From the human T2T-CHM13v2.0 reference genome, Homo sapiens, in NCBI RefSeq assembly GCF_009914755.1, contig NC_060928.1: a DNA stretch of 64,000 nucleotides; one strand, written 5' to 3'. Position 1 is the stretch's first letter. Every line of letters begins with the position of its first letter. Position numbers and translations under genes: made by a program. The notes under the pieces were generated by a model. The model made no database searches, was not told the DNA's origin, and saw only the letters and a program-made list of their open reading frames with translations. This document shows positions 55,495 through 64,000 of this stretch, piece after piece.

Positions 55495-55668
55495 TAAAGT
55501 CCTTAGGCAAATCATCTAATCTCTCTGTGTCTCAGTTTCTCAATCTGTAAAATAAGAGTGATAATACCTGCTTTATTAAGTAGTGGGGAGAATTAAATGG
55601 GAGAATTATATAAAGTGTCTAGCACAGATCCCAGGGCAAATGTGCAATAAATGACAGCCATTATTATA
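55495..55668 (+). mobile_element. MIR
   Basis: aatctctctgtgtctcagtttctcaatctgtaaaat core. Confidence 0.85.
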
Positions 55669-56082
55669 TTCTTTCTTTCTTCCTTTTTACTATGAGACTA
55701 TGCTGTTTCCTTAACTGTGACTGATCCTATCACAGAGACAAGGCTGGGGAGTCAAATAAGGGACTGGTCACCAAGTAAGGCAAATGAAATAAAGGGGATA
55801 GATGAGATTCATGCCCAGGCAAAAATATGATAGAATAAGGAAATCTGAAAACTTTTACAGGAAGTCATCTGGGGAAATGACTAGGAGAATATGTAAAATA
55901 ACAATGAAGATGCTGTTTTAACTGTAGCTATATTGTGAATTTAATATAATGCTAATGCTAATGGTATTAATTTCAAAATCGATGGCAAATGCACACTTAT
56001 GAAGAGCTTATTATATGCCAGGCATTGTGCTTAGCTTGGCTTACATAGGTCACCTTTTTAAATTCTCATAATATAAAATAAT

Positions 56083-56395
56083 ACAGCCCCAAATACCCCA
56101 TCTGAAATTCTAAAATAAAAAGCCTCTGAAAACTTACATTTTGCAATGATTGATTCAGTAGCAAAACCTGAACTGAACTGCCAGAGGGTGTTTTTAGTCT
56201 TTATTTATCTCACTTAGAGTGAATATTCATGCATTTTGAGGCAAAAATCTTAATATTTGGTCATGGTGTTTTCTGTGACCTCACTGGGGTAATACTCCAT
56301 AATTCCATGTGGACTCTATCCCTTGTGTACAATAGTCCAAATTCCAAAATTCACCTTGCCACCAGGATTTCTGATAAGGTAGGGTGGGCCTTTGA
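56083..56395. mobile_element. MER46C-like Tigger MITE between MIR fragments
   Basis: caaaacctgaactgaactg, gtctttatttatc.cacttagagtgaatattcat, ggatttctgataagg. Confidence 0.7.
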
Positions 56396-56399
56396 AAAC

Positions 56400-56630
56400 A
56401 GTAACATTTATTGATAATTTGCTGTGTACTAGGCTTTGGTTCAAGTCTTATGTTTATTTATTTTATCCCCATAATAATCTTCAGAGGAAAATATACTTAT
56501 CATCTTTCCTGCTTTACAGTTGAGGTACAGAGAGGTCAGGGAACCCAGGGTTACCAGACAGTAACTCAGAAACATAGAATTTGAACCCAGGCCATCTGCA
56601 TCTGGGAAGATTTTGCTGAAATACTATACA
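56400..56630 (-). mobile_element. MIR
   Basis: taacatttattga, tgaggtacagagaggt, atttgaacccaggcc. Confidence 0.75.
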
Positions 56631-56724
56631 TAATACTTCATTTATATTATTGTAATTGTTATCCTTACTTTATAGCTGAAAATGCTGAGGATTAAAGATC
56701 CACTAATTTAACCAAGATAAAGTG

Positions 56725-56890
56725 TCTGTGTGATCTTGAGCAAGTTACTTAATCTCTCTGGGCCTCAGCTTTCCATTCTGTAAAATGAGGGTAACGATAA
56801 CCCATACTGCATTGTTGTGGGGATTAAATGAGTTTAAAGCAATGAGAGCAGTGCCTGACATACCTCACGTAATCTATGCATCTTAGATCT
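56725..56890 (+). mobile_element. MIR
   Basis: tgtgtgatcttgagcaagttacttaatctctctgggcctcag..ctgtaaaatg..ggattaaatgag. Confidence 0.88.
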
Positions 56891-58220
56891 TACTACTTTT
56901 TACAACTAGGCCATGTGAATGCTAGGAGAAAAGAGAAGGATATGATGGAAGTCAATCCTCATGCAAAGATTTACTATAGAAAAGGTAAAAAATAATATTT
57001 TTCAGGTATTAAATCAGTGTTTTCTTTATTTTTTGTTCCTTAGTCCGTAGGTGTATGGTAGCTGCCTCATTTGTTGAATCAATCACCTGGTGAATGGCAT
57101 GTATTGATTCAGGGTGAGGGTAGATACAGAACAAACAGGTCTTTTATTCTTCTCTGAGTCCCCAGGCTGACATTTTTTAATCGATTGCAAGACTAGTCAT
57201 AAAGCTACTCTTTGTTAAAGAACAAAAGCGTTTTATGAATCCCCCATATTTCCCTTTACATTCAAAAGCGTGGGCTTGGTTCTTTCAAGTCTTAGAGTAT
57301 TGTATTTACATGACGCTAAAGCATAAAGAAAACTGAGACTATATTGCAGGGGAAGTTTCTTTATGACAAGAAAGGAGAATTCCCTTTCACTAAGGGAAGT
57401 AGAATTTAGAAACTAGAGAAAGAGAATGGGAGAGTTATAGTTATGAGTGACTTGACTCACCTATTTGGATACTAGTGCCCTTGGGAGAGAGAAGGGGGAA
57501 TGTGGTAAACTCTTTAGCAAAGCCCTGCATTTAGACTGGTGTTGGTACTATGTAGCCTCTAGGCAGAAGAGCAATGCCTGAGGAAGTGTTTCAAGGCCAC
57601 CAGAAAGAATTCTGCATTCTATGTCATGGTGAGGAAAATCAGCTGATGGCTGCAGGGTCACCCACAAGGGTGGTAATCAGTAGAGCAGACAAAAGATTTA
57701 GATAATCAGTAGAGCAGACAAAAGCCACTATAGGGACTTTAGAACTAGGGAGCATGACAAGATCCAGAGGCATCCACAGATGACATCTCAAAAACACAGG
57801 ACAGGACCAGACTAGTCAGACCTCAGAAGGCACTGGTGTAGGATATCCAAGATGAGAGAGGGAAGGGAAAATCCCAGCAAAAGACAGCGCATGGACCAAA
57901 GGTCTCTCTCTTTGCTACCATGCTGACTGGGACCCCAATGTCAGTTATAGAGGAAAGAGAGTTAGGAGAGACTCTGTAGTGGTGGAGAAACAGTTGTGAC
58001 TAATTTATGTTGACTGGTTTCCTCCCCCAAATATTTTAAAATCAAAACAACCTCAGTTATTATAATTTTACTTGGTCAATTTTATTCACTTTGCTGGCTA
58101 GTAGAAGGAATTGGACTCCAGAGATTATGAGATCAAATAATAAATGCTTTTTATTATTTTTACAGCTGAAGGTACATTTCAATTTTATTTTTATATTTCA
58201 AAAGTATGACAGGATTTTCT

Positions 58221-59268
58221 TTTTTTGTATTATACTTTAAGTTCTGGGATACATGTGCAGAACATGCAGGTTTGTTACATAAGTATACACGTACCATGGT
58301 GGTTTGCTGCACTCATCAACCAATCACCTACATTAGGAATTTCTCTGAATGCTATCCTTTCCCTAGTCCCCTACCCCCTGACAGGCCCTGGTGTGTGATG
58401 TTCCCCTTCCTGTGTCCATGTGTTCTCATTGTTCAACTCCCACTTATGAGTGAGAACATGCGGTGTTTGGTTTTCTCTTCCTGTGTTAGTTTGCTGAGAA
58501 TGATGGTTTCCAGCTTCATCCATGTCCCTGCAAAGGACATGAACTCATCCTTTTTTATGGCTGCATAGTATTCCATGGTGTATATGTACCACATATGGGC
58601 ATTTGGGTTGGTTCCAAGTCTTTGCTATTGTGAATAGTGCTGCAATAAACACACGTGTGCATGTGTCTTTATAGTAGAATGATTTATAATCCTTTGGGTA
58701 TATACCCAGTAATGGGACTGCTGGGTCAAATGGAATTTCTGGTTCTAGATCCTTGAGGAATTGCCACACTGTCTTCCACAATGGTTGAACTAATTTACAC
58801 TCCCACCAACAGTGTAAAAGCGTTCCTATTTCTCCACATCCTCTCCAGCATCTGTTGTTTCCTGACTTTTTAATGACTGCCATTCTAACTGGTGTGAGAT
58901 GGTATCTCATTGTGGTTTTGATTTGAATTTCTCTAATGACCAGTGATGATGAACTTTTTTTCATACATTTCTTGGCCACATAAATGTCTTCTTTTGAGAA
59001 GTGTCTGTTCATATCTTTTGTCCACTTTTTGATGGGGTTTTTTTTTCTTGTAAATTTGTTTAAGTTCCTTGTAGATTCTGGACATTAACCCTTTGTCAGA
59101 TGGATAGATTGCAAAAATTTTCTCCCATTTTGTAGGTTGCCTGTTCACTCTGATGACAGTTTTGCTGTGCAGAAGTTCTTTAGTTTAATTAGATCTCATT
59201 TGTCAATTTTGGCTTTTGTTGCCATCACTTTTGGTGTTTTAGTCATGAAGTCTTTGCCCATGCCTATG
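58221..59268 (-). mobile_element. 5'-truncated L1PA (about PA6-PA8) ORF2 C-terminus and 3'UTR
   Basis: ORF 58545-59012 is L1 ORF2 C-terminus ([17 protein letters not shown]); perfect 18-bp TSD agtatgacaggattttct (58203-58220 / 59269-59286). Confidence 0.97.
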
Positions 59269-59339
59269 AGTATGACAGGATTTTCTAAAATGAAACTCCA
59301 TTCTAAATTATGTCAGAGTTTGGCCACGGGAGATAATGG

Positions 59340-61050
59340 GGATACATAATCACCCTTCATCCATAAACAACTAGAAAACTAGACAAAGTTGAGGAAATAA
59401 CTGTTTTATGATACTTGATAGTAGGTAGCATGAGACGGTGAACCTTGAGGAAAGAGAAACAAATGAGTTGAGCCATACCTTTGCCCAGACTTTCTACCTG
59501 CAGTTAATTTCCATTGCAGCATGCACTAGGAAGAGAAATCCAAACAAAGCTTGGTGATGTCAGTGAGTTGAGGAGAGAGAAATAGGCATCTGGGGAAGGT
59601 AAGGCAGTTAGGATTTGTGGAGCAGATTACTGAGAAGGAAGAAGTTATGCAGAAAAAGTGTTCCAGGAAGCTTCATAGGAATTCCATTGAGTCTTCGGCT
59701 GAATGTCAATCTACAAAGACATCACTGGATGTGAGCAATTTCAGAGAGAGAAACAACTATGAAGGAGCTGTAAGCTGAACAATCCCTGGAGCTTACAAAG
59801 GTCTGGGAATCATCTGAATTCCCACAAGCCAAAGTGAAGAGACTTTCATGAATATATGATGCATGTAGCAGAAACCTAGAAGAACCTCTCATTAAAAGTG
59901 AGGCTAAAAGAGCACTACAGTAAAGGTTATCTAGATCCACACTAAAAGATATAACAAAACACAGCACCCTAAAATGTAAAACTACAATGTACAACATCCA
60001 GGAAAAAAATTCCTCCATATGTGAAGAAGCAGGAAAATGAGAATCATATGTTGAAGAAAAGTCAGTCAATAGAATAAACCCAAAATTAAAAAGATGGCAA
60101 AAATCATACATGTTTTGTGCTATTTTAAAGTTCTTGTCTGTTAATGCTTTGTTTTATTGTTTTATCTTGTTTTATTTTACATCTATGTGTAAAAATATGT
60201 ATCTATATATGCTGCTATATGTATAGCTCTATATATCATCATATATATATATATAGAAATATATATACCAAATATATATATGGGGTATATATACATATAT
60301 ATCTGATATATATATATCTGAATATATATATAGCATCATATATATATGAAATATATATATATAGCATCATATATATATGAAATATATATATATATAAAAT
60401 CCTGAATAAAATGAGGACAGAAATGGAAAACATAAAAAAGACCCAAATGGAAATACTAATGACAAAAATGAAACAATTTTTGAAATGAAAAATTTGCTGC
60501 ATGGGATAAACAGCATATTTAGATACTGTGGAAGGCAGTATTATGGCACATAAAGATGTAGTGATAAAAGTATCCAAAATGCAGCACAGAGAAATAAAGA
60601 CTGAAAAAGATTCATCTCTCTTGACCTATGAGAAAATATCAAGTGTCTTAATGTAAGTACAATTGGAATTCCAGAAGAAGGAAAGAAACAGAATAAATAT
60701 TTTAAAAAGAAATGGCGAAAATTTTCCCAAATTTAATTTAAAAAACTATAAATTCACAGATAGAAAAGGCAAAATAAAGTCCAAGTAAAATAAGCATAAA
60801 TAAAACCTGGCCAAGTTTCATTAGAATCAAGCTGCTGAAAAGCTGTCAAAAAGGGAGTCTTAAAATTAGCAAGAGAACAAAGACACATAGCATCCAGAGA
60901 AACAAAGACAAAAATCACATCAGATTGCTTGTCAGAAATTATGCAAATTCAAAGACAATAGGTTTAGCTCTCTAAAATGCTGACCAAAGAAGGTGTCAAC
61001 TTATGCTTCCATATCCAGTAAAAATGCCTTCCAAAAATGAATGCAATTAA
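59340..61050 (+). mobile_element. Old L1M 5' region and ORF1 remnant
   Basis: DL*ENIK..N..TIGIPEE motif at about 60620-60680; atcaagctgctgaaa, tatccagtaaaaat. Confidence 0.75.
60197..60396. repeat. (TA)n-rich compound repeat
   Basis: Direct reading; includes a duplicated unit of about 30 bp, atatatagcatcatatatatatgaaat. Confidence 0.92.
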
Positions 61051-62070
61051 AATTGACAAGCTTACTGAATAATTTACATGGAAATTCAAAGGATCTACAA
61101 TCTCTAAACAATTTTTTAAATAATAAACATGGTGGACTTACACCATCTGATTTCAAGGTTTATAAATCTACAGTAATCAAGGCAGTACAATAGTAGCAAA
61201 GAATAGACATTTAGATTAATGGAACAGCAATGACAGTCCAGAAATAGGACAACAATTACACACAGTCAATTGATTTTCAAGAATGGTATAAAAATTTGAT
61301 GGAGAAAAGATAGACTTTTCAGTAAATTATGCTGAAATAACTGGATATCTGTAAGGGAAAAATGAATCTAGGCCCTTTCATTAAACCATACACACACAAA
61401 AATTCAAAATAGGTCATAGACCTAAATATAGAAACTAAAACTATGAAATTTTTAGAAGAAAACATAGGAGAAAATATTTATGACCTTGGACTAGGCAAAG
61501 ATTTTTAGATAAGACATAATCATAAACCACAAATAAAAAAATTTATGAATTGGACTTCAAAGTTAAAACTTTTACTTTCAAAAAGATACTGTTAAGAAAA
61601 TGAAAAAGAAAGCTACAGAATGGGAAAAAATATTTGCAAAACATCTGTCTGACAAAGAATATATATATGTATATGTACATATGTATATATAAATATATGT
61701 AGTATAAAGAACTCTTGTAACTCATTAAGAAAACCAAGAACCCAGTTAAGAAATAAGCAAAAGATTTGGACATTTCATAAAACAAGGCATATGAATGGCT
61801 AACAAGCTCATAAAAAATACTCAACATCATTTGTCATTAGGAAAATACAGGTAAAAAATAAAACACCACTAAATACTGCTATACACACATTAAAATGTCC
61901 TAAATTGAAAGGCTGACAATTCCAAGTGTTGGCAAAGATGTAGAGAAACTGGAACCCTCATGTATTGCCAGTAGGAATGTAAAATGTCACATCTACTTAG
62001 TATAACAGTTTGGCAGTTTCTTAAAAAATTAAATCTACACTTACCATAGGATTCATTGCAACTAAAAAAA
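61050..62070 (+). mobile_element. L1M ORF2 3' fragment
   Basis: IDKL...TWKFKG, ctacagtaatcaag, ttagaagaaaacatagga, ccaagtgttggcaaagatgtagag. Confidence 0.88.
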
Positions 62071-62099
62071 AGATAGTACTATATTTTGTTTTTAAACAT

Positions 62100-64000
62100 A
62101 TGTAGATGTAAATTGTAAGAAAATTGTAACACAAGGAAGGAGAAAATGAAATTATATTCTTGAATTTATATGTTATATATGTTAGCATAATTCTAATTAA
62201 AAGGAGACTGTGATAATTTAAACATGTACACATATTATAAATCCTAAAGCAATAACTTAAAAAAGAAAAACATTATCCACCTAATAAAGAATAGTGCAGA
62301 AAATGTGGAATTATGAAAAAATATTAGTCTGAGAAAAGGCAGGAAAAGAGGAAAAAGAAAACTAGAACAACAAAGCAAGTGAGAAAAATAGAAAACAGCA
62401 AGACGGTAAACAAACTCAACCATACTAATGATTCATTAGCTCTGTGTGGTCTAAAAACTCCAGTTCGTAGAAAGGGATTAATATTTTCAGGTTGAATATA
62501 AAAACAAAACCCAATTATATGTTATTTAGTAATTTATGCAATTTAAATATGAAGACAAAAGTATGTTAAACCTATAAATGGAAAATATTCTCCTGTAAAC
62601 AAGAACCATAGCTGGAATGCTCATATTAGTGTCAAACCAAACAGATTTAAAGATAAAGGAGTATTGCTAGAGACCAAAAGAAAACTTCATAAAGGTAAAA
62701 GGATCAATGAATGAAGAAAAACTCTCCTAAATGTGTGTATGTTCACCTAATAACAGAGCTTCAAGATTCGGTTTCAAGAAACAAATGTGGACGAAAGAAA
62801 AATGGACAAATCCACAATTATTGTTGGAGATTTCAACGTTTCTCTTCTAGGAACTGATAGAACCAGTAGAAAAAAAAAAAATCAGTAGGACTATAGAAGA
62901 CTTAAACAACACTGTCTTCTAATCCAACCTAACTTGCAGTTATTGAACACTCCACCCAACAACAGCAGAACACACATTCATCTAATGCATATATTCAGTA
63001 TTCAGCAAGATAGACCAAATGCTAGGCCATAAAACAAACACGCAATTTTAAAAGATTGAGATTATAGAGCACATATCCTCTAATCATACTAAATTAAGTA
63101 AATGAATAAGAGAAAGATATTTGAAAATCCTAAAGACTTGGAAAATAAATAACATACTTCTATATAATCAGCAGATCAAAGAAGAAATCACAAAGGAAAT
63201 TACAAAATGTTTTGAGTTGAATGAAAATAAAAGTGCATATAAAAATGCGTTAGATTCAGCTAATTCAGCGCTCTCAGGAAAAATTATAGTTCAACTTCTT
63301 ATATTAGGAAAGATCAGTGACCTATCCTTATAATTAAAATGGAAAAAGAAGACTAAAGAAGAAAAATAAAATATAACAAAGCAAATTAAAAGAAGGGAAT
63401 AACAAAAATAACTAAAGAAAAGAATAAATTGGAAGGCATAAAGTGAATGAAAATAAAAGCTGTTTCTTTTTTTAAAAAAATCCATTAACTTGATCAATCA
63501 CTAGCTAGACTGATCAAGGACAAAATACACATAAATTATCAATATCAGGAATAAAAGAAGGGATCACCAGAAATCCTACCAACATTAAAAGGATAATAAA
63601 AGAATATAATCAGAACTTTTTGCCAATAAATTTGATAATTTGGATTAAATGGCCAATTTCTTGAAGGACAGAAATGAACAAAATTGACTCAAAGAGAAAT
63701 AGCTCCAATAAGCTCATAACTATTAAAAGATTGTATTTGTAACTAAAATGTTCCCACAAATACAACTACAGATAGATTCAGCAAAGAACTTTATCAAACA
63801 GTTAGGGAAAAAATAATAGCAATTTTACACGAAACCTTTCAGAAAATAGAGGAAGGAGGACTTTTCAACTCATGTTATTAGACCAGTATTATCTTGGTAT
63901 CAAAACCAGACAAAGATATTGCAGGAAAAGAAAATTATAAAGCAATATGTCTCATGAACATGGATGCAAAAATTGTTAATAAAATACTAACAAATTGAAT
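62100..64000 (+). mobile_element. Old L1M ORF2 5' part (endonuclease to start of RT), running off the window
   Basis: IIVGDFN at about 62817, FSKIDQMLGHK at about 63001, [13 protein letters not shown] at about 63951; many stops. Confidence 0.9.

Noticed and set aside
57674-57724. CRISPR-like repeat-spacer unit
   Set aside because: Only two copies with a 7-bp spacer, in eukaryotic DNA with no cas genes
57340-58175. Possible ancient LTR
   Set aside because: Purine-rich with a polyA-like signal, but I could not establish termini, TSD or family
58545-59012. Longest ORF (155 aa) as a protein-coding gene
   Set aside because: It is the frameshifted C-terminus of L1 ORF2 within a 5'-truncated L1PA
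60144-60577. I/Y-rich ORFs
   Set aside because: Translation artefacts of the (TA)n repeat

Overview
This is primate, almost certainly human, genomic DNA: it carries a near-pristine AluYb-lineage insertion. It is AT-rich and CpG-poor, with no CpG island and no recognisable protein-coding gene. The supplied ORF track is essentially repeat-derived or chance ORFs. The window looks intergenic or deep-intronic and is dominated by interspersed repeats: about 16 Alus or Alu fragments (J, S, Y, Yb), L1 pieces, L2 and MIR, ERV1/ERVL/MaLR solo LTRs (several nested) and DNA-transposon MITEs. The most specific items are a 35-nt tailless U2 snRNA retrocopy with a target-site duplication (TSD), an intermediate-diagnostic AluYb with a perfect 17-bp TSD, an LTR18A-like solo LTR with an intact AP-1 site, and probable fossil Tigger-transposase and RTE-LINE coding remnants. 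A few splice-site-bounded candidate exons are unverified. I found no evidence for a new biological system. Subfamily names come from recalled consensus sequences, and boundaries are approximate unless a TSD is quoted.
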